A DNA stretch of 64,000 nt from Eledone cirrhosa (taxonomy: Eukaryota): the NCBI GenBank assembly GCA_964016885.1, contig OZ024764.1, positions 15,996,001 to 16,060,000 of the forward strand, read 5' to 3'. Each line of letters begins with the position of its first letter. Within the stretch, counting starts at the first letter, position 1. The notes beneath the pieces were generated by a model, which did not search any database, was not told the origin of the DNA, and saw nothing but the letters and a program-made list of their open reading frames with translations. A program made the translations under genes and the position numbers. Of this stretch, positions 36,191 to 48,445 are shown in pieces.

Positions 36191-39009
36191 ATCAGAACAA
36201 CCTGCCATCCCCTGCACATAATCATAGACTGGAATCAAAGTACAAACTGTTGTCCTTGAATGCACGTAGTCTATGCAATAAGATTCATCTTTTTGACTCC
36301 TACGTCAAAAGTATCAACCCGGACTTCATTACAGTCACGGAAACTTGGGCACATCCCTTACTCTGTGATGGGGTTTTCAGCATGACTGGCTACAACCTGT
36401 TTCGTAAAGACCGTATTAATCGTCGTGGTGGTGGTGTAATGGTCTACGTTCGGTCAAATCTGTCGGCAATTCCTTGTGCTGATTTGAACCAATCACAGCA
36501 GGAAGTTTTTTTCTGCGATATACGTATGACCATGTCAACATTGCTACTTGGAGTCGTTTACCGTCCCCCAAATTACCATCAGGACACTCAACTTTGTGAT
36601 ATCCTCAGAGCTGCTGCCAGGAAGACAGCCACTTATGTTTTCATTGCAGGTGACTTCAATCACCCTGAGATTGACTGGGAGACCTTTCGTTGGCCGCCAA
36701 GTGCAAATGACTTCCTTGAGCTGGTGCTGGACTCGAGTTGGTCCCAGGTGGTCACCTCCCCAACGAGAGGTGACAACACTTTGGACCTACTCTTCACCAC
36801 TACTCCTGAAACGGTCATTAGTGTTACTGCTGAGGAACCTTTAGGTGACTCTGATCATGCTATGATCATTGCCAATCTATCCCTCATGGGCAGTAACAAG
36901 AACCACAACCATCTCCAAACTGCTCACTTTGACTGGAATAGAGCAGACTGGAACTGTTACTGCACCGAGTTGCAACGGCCAAACTGGCTTGAGTTCTATG
37001 ACTCTGGAGATGTCAACACTGTACTCCAGAACATCCTGAGCTCAATATGGACAGCATGTGCAGCATCGGTGCCACGTAAGCGGAAAAAACATCCTAAAAG
37101 CGCAATTTGGGAGACTGCAGCAGTCCGTCTTGCCAGAAAAGAACGGCGCAATGCTGAACGTGAGTACAAACTTCACAAATCAGACATTAATAGGAAGAGG
37201 CGAAATAGATCGTCCAACCACCTCAAACAGGTGACAAAAAAGGCAGTGCTTCAATTTGAGCAGCGCATAGCAACCAGCCCTGACAGTAAGGTGTTCTGGA
37301 AGTATGTTCACTCAAAGCAGAGGCCTCACTCTCCAGTTGGTCCTCTTCGCAATCCCCACACAAGCCAGGTTACTGACGACCCCAAGGAATGCGCAGAGCT
37401 CATTGCTGAATGCTATGCAGGCATTTTCACCATTGAAGACCAGAGTGTACCATCTCCACCACCTATGACACCGGACTCTATTACAACCATGGAATTTACA
37501 CCTGCAATGCTGCGACGTCACCTAAAAAATAAACGCAACCATGCCTCTCCTGGTCTTGATGGTGTTACGTACCTGCTTCTTAAACGTGGTGGGTACTTCC
37601 TTCTACGCCAGTTATCACGCTTCTTCCAATTCTGTCTGAACAACAGTGCTACTCCAGAACAGTGGAAAACTGCCAGTGTAATTCCTCTATTCAAAAAGGG
37701 TGACCGCACATCACCTGTGAACTATCGTCCAGTCAGTCTTACTAGTTGCATCGCCAAACTGATGGAATCCTGTGTCAGAGAAACACTTTGGAACTTCTGG
37801 AGCTCTCACAGTCTTATCCGGCCTTCGCAATTTGGATTTATCCCCAACTCCAGCTGCTGTGATCAACTTATAGAGTTTCTTGAGGACATCACCCGGATCA
37901 CTGATGGCGGCTCATGGGTGGATGTTGTTTACCTTGACTTTGCGAAGGCCTTCAATTCTGTGCCGCACAAAAGGCTTATGGCAAAACTCTCTGCAATGGG
38001 TGTGAAGGATGATCTTTTTAACTGGTTGAAGTCCTTCATTCTCAGTCGAAGAGAGGTAGTCACGGTTCTGGGACAGCATTCCTCACCATATGAGATGTCA
38101 TCTGGTGTACCTCAGGGATCTGTTCTTGGCCCCCTTTTGTTTGTGGCATATATTAATGACATAGATGCCAACTTAAGGAATGCCACAGTACTAAAGTACG
38201 CAGACGACATCAAGCTGTACCTTGAGATAAAAAGGACAGATCCTGAACACTATAGATCTTGCTTGCAGTCTGACCTGGACACAATGCAACAGTGGATCTC
38301 AGACTGGCAACTCAAGCTAGCTGTGGACAAGTGCACCACCATGCATTTTGGGAGTAAAAACCCAGCGTCCACATATTCCCTCCACAGCACTAATATCAAG
38401 AAGTCTTCCTGTGAACGTGACCTGGGCATTACGGTCAGCAGCGATTTGCGTTGGACGAGGCACGTCTCTAAAATTGTCAAGAGGGCCGAGGGTGTCTTAG
38501 CATCACTCAGCAAGACCTTTGTCAGCCGCTCTCCAGATATCTATTTAAGGCTGTATACAGCTATGGTGCGACCACACTTAGAATTTGCATCACCAGTCTG
38601 GAACCCCTATCTTGCTCAGGACATTGACCGCCTGGAAACTGTTCAGAGACGTGCAACCAAGCGAATACCCTCCATCAGGCATCTACCATACTCTGATCGC
38701 CTTGCTTCCCTGGGCATGGATTCATTGAAGCTCCGACGCCTGGCAACTGACTTGGTAAACACCCACAAAATTGTTAACCATGTTGCCAACAACAACCCTG
38801 AGTGCCTTTTCGATTTCCATGTGTCTAACACACGTGGACATGCCCACAAAGTAAGAAAACAGCACAGTTCCCATGACTTTCGGAAACATTTTTTCACGCT
38901 CAGAGTTGCTGAAGCATGGAACAAACTACCTGCATCAGTTGTTAGCTGTCGAGACGCTGCATCCTTTAAGGCCTCCATGCTTCCCGAGATCCGCCAACAC
39001 TACAGCTAA
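36172..39009 (+). CDS. LINE ORF2: APE endonuclease plus reverse transcriptase (open frame; start is non-canonical)
   Basis: LNARSL, VTETW, GDFN and SDH endonuclease motifs; NYRPVSL, DFAKAF, GVPQGSVLGP and YADD RT motifs; CR1-type C-terminus FFTLRVAEAWNKLP. The frame is open from 36172; the first ATG is at 36382. Confidence 0.92.
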   Translation, partial: KNSGKLNQNNLPSPAHNHRLESKYKLLSLNARSLCNKIHLFDSYVKSINPDFITVTETWAHPLLCDGVFSMTGYNLFRKDRINRRGGGVMVYVRSNLSAIPCADLNQSQQEVFFCDIRMTMSTLLLGVVYRPPNYHQDTQLCDILRAAARKTATYVFIAGDFNHPEIDWETFRWPPSANDFLELVLDSSWSQVVTSPTRGDNTLDLLFTTTPETVISVTAEEPLGDSDHAMIIANLSLMGSNKNHNHLQTAHFDWNRADWNCYCTELQRPNWLEFYDSGDVNTVLQNILSSIWTACAASVPRKRKKHPKSAIWETAAVRLARKERRNAEREYKLHKSDINRKRRNRSSNHLKQVTKKAVLQFEQRIATSPDSKVFWKYVHSKQRPHSPVGPLRNPHTSQVTDDPKECAELIAECYAGIFTIEDQSVPSPPPMTPDSITTMEFTPAMLRRHLKNKRNHASPGLDGVTYLLLKRGGYFLLRQLSRFFQFCLNNSATPEQWKTASVIPLFKKGDRTSPVNYRPVSLTSCIAKLMESCVRETLWNFWSSHSLIRPSQFGFIPNSSCCDQLIEFLEDITRITDGGSWVDVVYLDFAKAFNSVPHKRLMAKLSAMGVKDDLFNWLKSFILSRREVVTVLGQHSSPYEMSSGVPQGSVLGPLLFVAYINDIDANLRNATVLKYADDIKLYLEIKRTDPEHYRSCLQSDLDTMQQWISDWQLKLAVDKCTTMHFGSKNPASTYSLHSTNIKKSSCERDLGITVSSDLRWTRHVSKIVKRAEGVLASLSKTFVSRSPDIYLRLYTAMVRPHLEFASPVWNPYLAQDIDRLETVQRRATKRIPSIRHLPYSDRLASLGMDSLKLRRLATDLVNTHKIVNHVANNNPECLFDFHVSNTRGHAHKVRKQHSSHDFRKHFFTLRVAEAWNKLPASVVSCRDAASFKASMLPEIRQHYS

Positions 39010-39144
39010 CACATACAAACATGTACTTCCCTGGCATTTGTGTATTATTCTATGTACTATATTGACGAGTTGTAGTGCACCTGAGCACTTTACACAATAA
39101 TTTCATTATTATTATTATTATTATATTTATATATATATGTCTAT

Positions 39145-39201
<57 letters not shown>

Positions 39202-39210
39202 TATATGTCT

Positions 39211-39264
<54 letters not shown>

Positions 39265-39308
39265 ATAGACATATATATATATATATTTATATCTATGTCT
39301 GTATGTCT

Positions 39309-39345
<37 letters not shown>

Positions 39346-39527
39346 TATACATATATATATGTATATATATATGTCTATATATATATATATATATATGTCT
39401 ATATATATATATATTTATATCTATGTCTATACATATATATATGTATATCATCATCATCAGGTTTAGCGTCCGTGTTCCATATTTATATCTATGTCTATAT
39501 GTCTATACATATATATATGTCTATATA

Positions 39528-39560
<33 letters not shown>

Positions 39561-39582
39561 GTCTATATATATATATATGTCT

Positions 39583-39617
<35 letters not shown>

Positions 39618-39629
39618 TATATATATATA

Positions 39630-39682
<53 letters not shown>

Positions 39683-39934
39683 GTATAGACAATTAGACAT
39701 ATATATATATATATATGTCTATACATATATATATATGTATATATATATAGACATTTTCAACAAAAATTGCCTAAATTTTCAGCAAAAATTGGCTAAATTG
39801 AACCCCCAACCTTTCAATTGCAAGACCAATGCTCTAACCACTAAGCCATGTGCCTCCATAATATATATATATGTCTATATATATATATATATATATTGAA
39901 TGTATGTATTGTATTATATACACAAATATACAAT

Positions 39935-40150
39935 GTGAAGGCGTGTAGCTGAGTGGTTAGTGAATTGGATTGGCAATCGTGAGGTTGTGAGTTCAATTCC
40001 TGGACCGGGCGATGTGTTATGTCCTTGAGCAAGACACTTTATTTCACGTTGCTCCTTCTACCTGGAGTTGCCACCGATAGATAGTATTAGCAACTGGAAA
40101 GACCAATGGAAACATTGTTTCCTTGGTCTGATTTGATGAGGTCCACTTCA
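39935..40150 (+). mobile_element. tRNA-headed SINE variant (second copy at 57503-57710)
   Basis: TAGCTGAGTGG box A and GTTCAATTCC box B; shares CTTGAGCAAGACACTTTATTTCAC with family 1. Confidence 0.7.
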
Positions 40151-40220
40151 CTCGTTAAGCAAATGAGATCTGGGATCTGGTTGAGTGTCTGTTGTTATAC
40201 AATGTGTTTATCTATTCCAG

Positions 40221-40493
40221 TGCCGGTAACTATAGATGAAGACAAGAAGTTATATACTGTCCCCAACAACAAGTCCCTGACCATCCCCTGTCAGGCCCAT
40301 GGAGTCCCTAAACCAAGGGTGATGTGGTCAAAAGATGGCCAGAAACTGTACAGCAACGGCAACTATAAGATATTTACCAATGGGTCCCTCTGGATCAAGC
40401 GCCTCATCCCCAACAGGGCAGGGGTATACCAGTGTGTTGCCACCAATGGACACAAAGATATGGCCAAAAGAACTGTCAAGGTGGCTCTTCAAA
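40221..40493 (+). CDS. PAPLN: Ig domain 2 exon
   Basis: ttccag|TGCCGGTA ... CAAA|gtaagt; 273 nt; LTIPCQAHGVPKPRVMWSKDG...GSLWI...AGVYQCVATN. Confidence 0.9.
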
Positions 40494-40602
40494 GTAAGTA
40501 ATATATCTTCTCCTCTCTCTCTCTCTCTTTCTATATATATATATATATACATATATGGAGAAAAAATTTACGAAATGGAAATGCGGGTATATAGAATTTA
40601 TT

Positions 40603-40719
40603 AGGTAACAATTGTTTCTATAGTGTATGATTTACCTATACCTCGCTACTTGAATAATACACAAATATTATCAAAAACCGAAAGTACACTGTAAGCCAAC
40701 ACACCATGTCATCAGACCT
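40603..40719 (-). ncRNA. Type-I hammerhead motif with long stem II
   Basis: Minus strand: aggt CTGATGA catggtgtg...tacactata GAAA CAATTG TT acct; palindromic stem III ACAATTGT. Confidence 0.68.
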
Positions 40720-40967
40720 TTGTATTAGAATGATATGAAAATATTTTATACACTAGATAAAAGATAAAGAAGGAGGTAGGAAGAGAAGGGGAAGAGGGAA
40801 GTGAGTAAGGTGGAGGGAGTCTTAGGGTCAGACTAGTAGAGATTGTGAAGAGATATATATATATATATATATGTATATATGTAAAAGGTAAACAGAAATA
40901 ACAACACAGTCGGTACAGTATATGGAAGGTATATATTAGGTTAACACTTGATATAGCAGGAAGAGGG

Positions 40968-41003
40968 TCTTAACGTTTCGGACGCTAGTCCTTCATCAGA
41001 AGA
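40968..41003 (-). ncRNA. Minimal type-I hammerhead motif (Penelope-type)
   Basis: Minus strand: tctt CTGATGA aggactagcgtcc GAAA CG TT aaga. Confidence 0.75.
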
Positions 41004-41681
41004 AAGAATGAGAAATTAGATAGATTGAGGGGACGGGTGGGGTGGAATTGGAAAAAAATGTCTTTAGATAAAAATAACAGGTCCATTCATGTTGACATCT
41101 CTTGCAAAACTGTTGGTGCTGGCGTTTTGTGTATGATTTGTTTTTTAGAAAAGTGGATGCTGGAGCACGTGTGTAAGCATGTGTGTGTGTGTCTGTGTGT
41201 GTCTTCACCACCGCCGTCGTTTATTTAAGCGATCGCTAACCGGAAGTGTTGACATTTTAAAATTTTATTTGATGTATCGTATCTACATGCATATATACTT
41301 GCGTATAATATCAATATACACACTACACATGCTAGCAGAAAACCACACAAAGGGTGGTTTTTCTGCTAGTATATATAATGCTCTTATATATATATATATG
41401 TGTGTGTATATATATATATATATATTTATATAAGTGGAAGCTTAGTAAAATCGAAGCTTAGCTGTGGTCAAGCAAAGTCAATCTACAATAAGGAATGAGT
41501 AGCAAAGCACTCAATAAGGGTAGGTCCTTAGAGTAATAACATATGTTTAGAGAGCTTGACAAATTGAAAATTGCAGCAGGCAAAACCCAACCATACAATA
41601 CCAAAACAACCAAAGAACTAATCATATATATATAAGGATGTTCATATATGTTTATATATATAGTTTACGGCCATATATATA

Positions 41682-41800
41682 GTTTACGGCCATATCACGC
41701 TGGAAACACTGGTTCTCGTCTGATCACCGAAGTTAAGCAACGTCGAGCCTAGTTAGTACTTAGATGGGTGACCGCTTGGGAACCCTAGGTGCTGTAAGCA
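41682..41800 (+). rRNA. 5S rRNA: Solitary 5S rRNA gene or pseudogene (119 nt)
   Basis: GTTTACGGCCATATCAC...CTCGTCTGATCACCGAAGTTAAGC...GTTAGTACTTAGATGGGTGACCGCTTGGGAA...GTGCTGTAAGC matches eukaryotic 5S, and the 5' and 3' ends pair. Confidence 0.9.
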
Positions 41801-41815
41801 TTTACTGCTATTTGA

Positions 41816-42166
41816 GGAGGCACATGGCTTAGTGGTTAGAGCATTGGCCTTGCAATCGAAAGGTTGTGAATTCAATTCTCAGACCGGGTGATGTGTTGTT
41901 TCCTTGAGCAGGACACTTTATTTCACATTGCTCCAGTTTACTCAGCTGTAGAAATGAGATGATAGGGACTGGGGTCCCTATCATTCCACTGCAAAGTGGA
42001 CGTGGAGGTGCCATGGCAAAAAAGCACCCAGCACTCACTGTAAATGAGGTTAGTGTTAGGAAGGGCATCCAGCTGTAGAAATCAAGCCAGAATCAGTTCC
42101 CGTCCCACCCTTGCAAGCAGGGAGAAGTGGACGTAAAATGAAATGATGTTGATGATGATGATGATG
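41816..42166 (+). mobile_element. tRNA-derived SINE, family 1, full length
   Basis: TGGCTTAGTGG box A, box-B-like ATTCAATTC, (GAT)n tail. Confidence 0.82.
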
Positions 42167-42189
42167 GTAGTGAGATAGACAGAGTCATT

Positions 42190-42980
<791 letters not shown>

Positions 42981-42986
42981 CCACAG

Positions 42987-43259
42987 AGTCTCTCCAGCTG
43001 ACAGTTGACAAGGATCCCAGCTATATCCACGAAGGTGACACCATTAAACTGACGTGCCACACCAACGGCTACCCTTACACTGACCTCAAGTGGTCTCACA
43101 AAAGCCGCACCCTCAGGACATACGACAGAGTCATCGTTAACGGCGGCTCGTTAATGATCTCCATGGCAACCTACCAGGACAGCGGCATCTACACATGTAC
43201 AGCTAAATACCGCAACGAACAAGTAGGCAAAGATGTGAGGGTCCATGTCTTACCGAAAC
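42987..43259 (+). CDS. PAPLN: Ig domain 3 exon (absent from the ORF track)
   Basis: ccacag|AGTCTCTC ... AAAC|gtaagt; 273 nt; hand translation SLQLTVDKDPSYIHEGDTIKLTCHTNGYPYTDLKWSHK...GSLMISMATYQDSGIYTCTAKY. Confidence 0.9.
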
Positions 43260-43289
43260 GTAAGTAGACCCCTTTCTAGTTACTATTTC

Positions 43290-44703
43290 TCTCACACGGC
43301 ACTGAAGGGGGGCCAACGGCACAAGGCCAGCAATCAGGGTTTACCTCACACGGCACTGAAGGGGGCCAACGGCACAAGGCCAGCAATCAGGGTTTACCTC
43401 ACACGGCACTGAAGGGAGCCAACGGCACAAGGCTAGCAATCAGGGTTTACCTCACACGGCACTGAAGGGAGCCAACGGCACAAGGCCAGCAATCAGGGTT
43501 TACCTCACACGGCACAAGGCCAGCAATCAGGGTTTACCTCACACGGCAATGAAGGGGGCCAACGGCACAAGGCCAGCAATCAGGGTTTACCTCACACGGC
43601 AATGAAGGGAGCCAACGGCACAAGGCCAGCAATCAGGGTTTACCTCACACGGCAATGAAGGGAGCCAACGGCACAAGGCCAGCAATCAGGGTTTACCTCA
43701 CAAGGCAATGAAGGGAGCCAACGGCACAAGGCCAGCAATCAGGGTTTACCTCACAAGGCAATGAAGGGAGCCAACGGCACAAGGCCAGCAATCAGGGTTT
43801 ACCTCACACGGCAATGAAGGGGGCCAACGGCACAAGGCCAGCAATCAGGGTTTACCTCACAAGGCAATGAAGGGGGCCAACGGCACAAGGCCAGCAATCA
43901 GGGTTTACCTCACAAGGCAATGAAGGGGGCCAACGGCACAAGGCCAGCAATCAGGGTTTACCTCACAAGGCAATGAAGGGGGCCAACGGCACAAGGCCAG
44001 CAATCAGGGTTTACCTCACACGGCAATGAAGGGGGCCAACGGCACAAGGCCAGCAATCAGGGTTTACCTCACAAGGCAATGAAGGGGGCCAACGGCACAA
44101 GGCCAGCAATCAGGGTTTACCTCACAAGGCAATGAAGGGGGCCAACGGCACAAGGCCAGCAATCAGGGTTTACCTCACAAGGCAATGAAGGGGGCCAACG
44201 GCACAAGGCCAGCAATCAGGGTTTACCTCACAAGGCAATGAAGGGGGCCAACGGCACAAGGCCAGCAATCAGGGTTTACCTCACAAGGCAATGAAGGGAG
44301 CCAACGGCACAAGGCCAGCAATCAGGGTTTACCTCACACGGCAATGAAGGGGGCCAACGGCACAAGGCCAGCAATCAGGGTTTACCTCACAAGGCAATGA
44401 AGGGGGCCAACGGCACAAGGCCAGCAATCAGGGTTTACCTCACAAGGCAATGAAGGGGGCCAACGGCACAAGGCCAGCAATCAGGGTTTACCTCACGAGG
44501 CACTGAAGGGAGCCAACGGCACAAGGCCAGCAATCAGGGTTTACCTCACGAGGCAATGAAGGGAGCCAACGGCACAAGGCCAGCAATCAGGGTTTACCTC
44601 ACACGGCAATGAAGGGGGCCAACGGCACAAGACCAGCAATCAGGGTTTACCTCACACGGCAATGAAGGGGAGCCAACGGCACAAGGCCAGCAATCAGGGT
44701 TTA
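43290..44703. repeat. 53-bp minisatellite (about 26 units)
   Basis: Unit ctcacacggcaatgaagggggccaacggcacaaggccagcaatcagggtttac; includes the reverse complement of the SINE-2 tail. Confidence 0.93.
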
Positions 44704-44829
44704 CCAAGATCTGGAAGAAGTCAATCATATGTATGTGTGTGTGTGTGTAAATATGTGTGTGTGTATATATATATATATGTGTGTGTGTGTAGGTGTGTGT
44801 GTGTGTGTTTGTGTATATGTGTGTGTGTG

Positions 44830-44864
<35 letters not shown>

Positions 44865-45007
44865 ATGTGTGTGTGTATATATATATGTGTGTGTGTGTGT
44901 GTGTATATATGTGTGTGTATATATGTGTGTGTGTGTGTGTGTATATATATGTGTGTGTATATATATATGTGTGTGTGTGTATTTGTATATATGTGGGTGT
45001 GTGTGTG

Positions 45008-45078
<71 letters not shown>

Positions 45079-45085
45079 CTATATA

Positions 45086-45164
<79 letters not shown>

Positions 45165-45242
45165 CTATATATATATGTATATATATATATATATATATAT
45201 ACGATATTAAACAAATGGAAACTATATTTATAAACCCATATT

Positions 45243-45308
45243 TATTTCATTATACATATTTCGGGGATACCATATTAAAAATATGGCATGCCTTCTTCAG
45301 ATAAAATA
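45243..45308 (-). ncRNA. Type-I hammerhead ribozyme motif
   Basis: Minus strand: tattttat CTGAAGA aggc atgccatatt ttt aatatggtat cccc GAAA TATGTA TA atgaaata. A 5'-truncated inverted copy lacking CUGA follows at about 45343-45430. Confidence 0.72.
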
Positions 45309-45517
45309 CAATATATAAGCAGTTTTATAAATAATTTTGACGTACCATATATTTTTAATATGGTATCCCCGAAATATGTATAATGAAATAAATATGGGTT
45401 TATAAATATAGTTTCCATTTGTTTAATATCGTATATCTACTCCAAAACTTGTTGAGTGCTTTATATCAGTTATAAAATATTTACTTGTTGTAACCCAACA
45501 ATTTTAAATAAAACTTT

Positions 45518-45548
<31 letters not shown>

Positions 45549-45559
45549 CTATATATCTA

Positions 45560-45732
45560 TCTAAGGCGGGTAAAATTCCCGAGATCCATGGACGAGTTCT
45601 CTCCAGCGGTCTCTGTCCCTCATTATCGCTGCCATATCCTGCATCTCCAACAGACCAGTGTCTGTCCTTAGGGCATCAACATATGTTAACCTTGGTCTTC
45701 CCCTTCTAGTGTGTCCATGTAGGGGCTCCCAT
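45560..45732 (-). mobile_element. RTE LINE 3'-end fragment
   Basis: Near-identical to 24845-25012. Confidence 0.75.
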
Positions 45733-46319
45733 ATATATATTTTAGGGTAAACATTGATGCAATTCAATTCAAGCACTCAATGTACTTTTTCCACATAGGA
45801 GTGACGGAGTAAATATCGAATAAGCAAAAGCGAAGTAGTTTCAGATGTTCAAGTCCTTTAATAATAAAGCATTATTATTAAAGGACTTGAACATCTGAAA
45901 CTACTTCGCTTTTACTTATTCTATATATATATATATATATATTTCTTCTTCCTCTTCTCTCTTTTCTCCCCCCCCCCCCCCCCCCCCCGTCAAACTTGGG
46001 CGAAATTCTTTCCTTGCTCACATTTCAACCAGGTTTGATGGTCTTTTGTCTCTTGTTCACGATTTCACCGAGTTTATATTCATAGAGATCTGGGACTTGT
46101 CTATTTCTTCTCACTTTCCCTTGCTTAAACTTTTTTGTTTGTTACCCTGGCGTCCCCTTTGTTTACGTGTCCCAACGACTTTTTTTAGCCGTTGTTCGCA
46201 CCAACCTGAGGCATATGGCCCTTGAAGCGATGAAATGCCTGGGATGGTTGGAGGGTCACTGATGAAGGACCTACTTTTTCACATGCCCCACCATTTGCAA
46301 CGGGCAGCCTATTATTTTC

Positions 46320-46355
<36 letters not shown>

Positions 46356-46382
46356 ATATATCTCTCTCTATATCTGTTTCAG

Positions 46383-46525
46383 CCAATGTCGTGACAGAGG
46401 ATTGCCGTGACACCTTATCTCGTGTCCAGTGTCGTATTATTGTGTCTTCCCAACTCTGTGACCAGAAGTCCTTCCGGAAATCCTGCTGTATATCTTGTAA
46501 AAAACATCGCAACGTTGTCAGTTAA
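46383..46525 (+). CDS. PAPLN: Terminal coding exon, PLAC domain
   Basis: tttcag|CCAATGTC; EDCRDTLSRVQCRIIVSSQLCDQKSFRKSCCISCKKHRNVVS* has the six-Cys PLAC pattern ending CCxSC. Confidence 0.9.
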
Positions 46526-46884
46526 CCAAGCATTATATGTTTAAACAAACATTAGCAGCTAATATAGACATTATCAACAAAAACAGACATTATTAGTTAA
46601 AACATGCATTATCAGTAAAAAGAAACATTATCAAAACACAGATATTATCAGATAACAGACATTGTCGGGTAAAACAGATATTATCAACAAAAATAGATAT
46701 TATCAGTTAAAACAAAATAACTAGTATAAACTCTGTTGGTTGAACAAAATATTATCAACTTGGATTTTTTATTTTAAATTCTATTAAATCAAAACCCTCT
46801 TAGAACGTGGTTGTGGGGTGGTGGGGGCAGATTTGATTTCTTGTTTTTATGGGGCCATCTTATTTTTCAAAGTTTGTTTTTGAA

Positions 46885-47770
46885 TTCTATAAAAAAATTA
46901 ATTGAATTCTATAAAAAAAAATTTAATGGAATTATAGAAAAAAATTAATAGAATTCTATAAACATTAATGGAATGTAGAAAAAAATTAATGGAATAATAG
47001 AAAAAAATTAATAGAATTCTATAAACATTAATGGAATGTAGAAAAAAATTAATGGAATAATAGAAAAAAATTAATAGAATTCTATAAACATTAATGGAAT
47101 GTAGAAAAAAATTAATAGAATTCTATAAACATTAATGGAATGTAGAAAAAAATTAATGGAATAATAGAAAAAAATTAATAGAATTCTATAAACATTAATG
47201 GAATGTAGAAAAAAATTAATAGAATTCTATAAACATTAATGGAATGTAGAAAAAAATTAATGGAATAATAGAAAAAAATTAATAGAATTCTATAAACATT
47301 AATGGAATGTAGAAAAAAATTAATAGAATTCTATAAACATTAATGGAATGTAGAAAAGAATTAATGGAATTCTATAAACATTAATGGAATGTAGAAAAAA
47401 ATTAATGGAATAATAGAAAAAAATTAATAGAATTCTAAAAACATTAATGGAATGTAGAAAAAAATTAATGGAATAATAGAAAAAAATTAATAGAATTCTA
47501 TAAACATTAATGGAATGTAGAAAAAAATTAATGGAATTCTATAAACATTAATGGAATGTAGAAAAAAATTAATGGAATAATAGAAAAAAATTAATAGAAT
47601 TCTATGAAAAAATTAATTGAATTCTATAAAGAAGTTAATTCAATTCTATTTTTTAAAATTTAACTGAATTCTATGAAAAATTAAATTAATTGAATTCTAT
47701 GAAAATTAATTGAATTCTATGAAAAATTAATTGAATTCTGTGAACAATTAATTGAATTCTATGAAAAATT
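46885..47770. repeat. A-rich ~18-19-bp compound minisatellite in the presumptive 3' UTR
   Basis: Alternating attaatggaatgtagaaaaaa and attaatagaattctataaac units. Confidence 0.88.
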
Positions 47771-48036
47771 AATCAAATGATATAAAGTTATTTTAGATTC
47801 TTTATTTTCTGTGTTTTATTTTCATTGTCTTGTATTTTATTTTATTTTATCGAAACAAATCTAATGTTTTGGGCAATCTCTGCTGTTGCCTAGCAACACA
47901 CATCTCCTCTCTAGCAGAGACTAACATACAAACACCACTTCTACTGCAGTGACAACTACTACTACTACTACCTACACCACTACAACAGTCACCAATACAA
48001 GCTAGACAGAATATATATATATATTAAAATATGAGA

Positions 48037-48042
48037 AATAAA
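48037..48042 (+). promoter_or_regulatory. Candidate polyadenylation signal for the papilin transcript
   Basis: First AATAAA I noticed downstream of the stop, about 1.5 kb away, followed by a GT/T-rich stretch; unverified. Confidence 0.3.
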
Positions 48043-48081
48043 CCAGATTTGAAAACATAAATTGTTGGCTTTATTATTGAA

Positions 48082-48445
48082 TCGGTAGAGCGTCGGACAC
48101 CATGCTTCGCAGTATTGAGTTACGGCCCTTTACGTTGGCAGTGATCGGTAGAGAGTCGGACGCCATGCTTCGCAGCATAGAGTTACGGTCCTTTACGTTG
48201 GAAGTGATCGGTAGAGCGCTGGACACCGTGCTTCACAGCATAGAGTTACGGCCCTTTACGTTGGCAAAGATCGGTGGAGCGTTGGACACCATGCTTCGCA
48301 GCATAGAGTTTCGGCCCTTTACGGTCTGAATTCAAATCCCGCCGAGGTTCACTTTGCCTTTCATCCTTACGGTGTTGAGAAAATAAAGTATCAGTAATAC
48401 ACTGGGATAATTGCTGGCCTTGTGCCAAAAGTAGAAACAATTAGA
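48082..48445 (+). mobile_element. SINE family 2 with about four tandem copies of its head segment
   Basis: Repeated tcggtagag..cggac.ccatgcttcgcagcatagagttacggccctttacg, then core and tail. Confidence 0.75.

Larger units (their letters stand above)
34940..39125 (+). mobile_element. CR1-type non-LTR retrotransposon with intact ORF1 and ORF2, sense orientation in a papilin intron
   Basis: Two uninterrupted ORFs, a short 3' UTR and an (ATT)n tail at about 39104-39123. The 5' boundary and TSD cannot be resolved in TA-rich flanks. Confidence 0.9.

Noticed and set aside
41816-41890. tRNA-like sequence
   Set aside because: It is the head of a multi-copy SINE continuing into body and tail, not a standalone tRNA gene.
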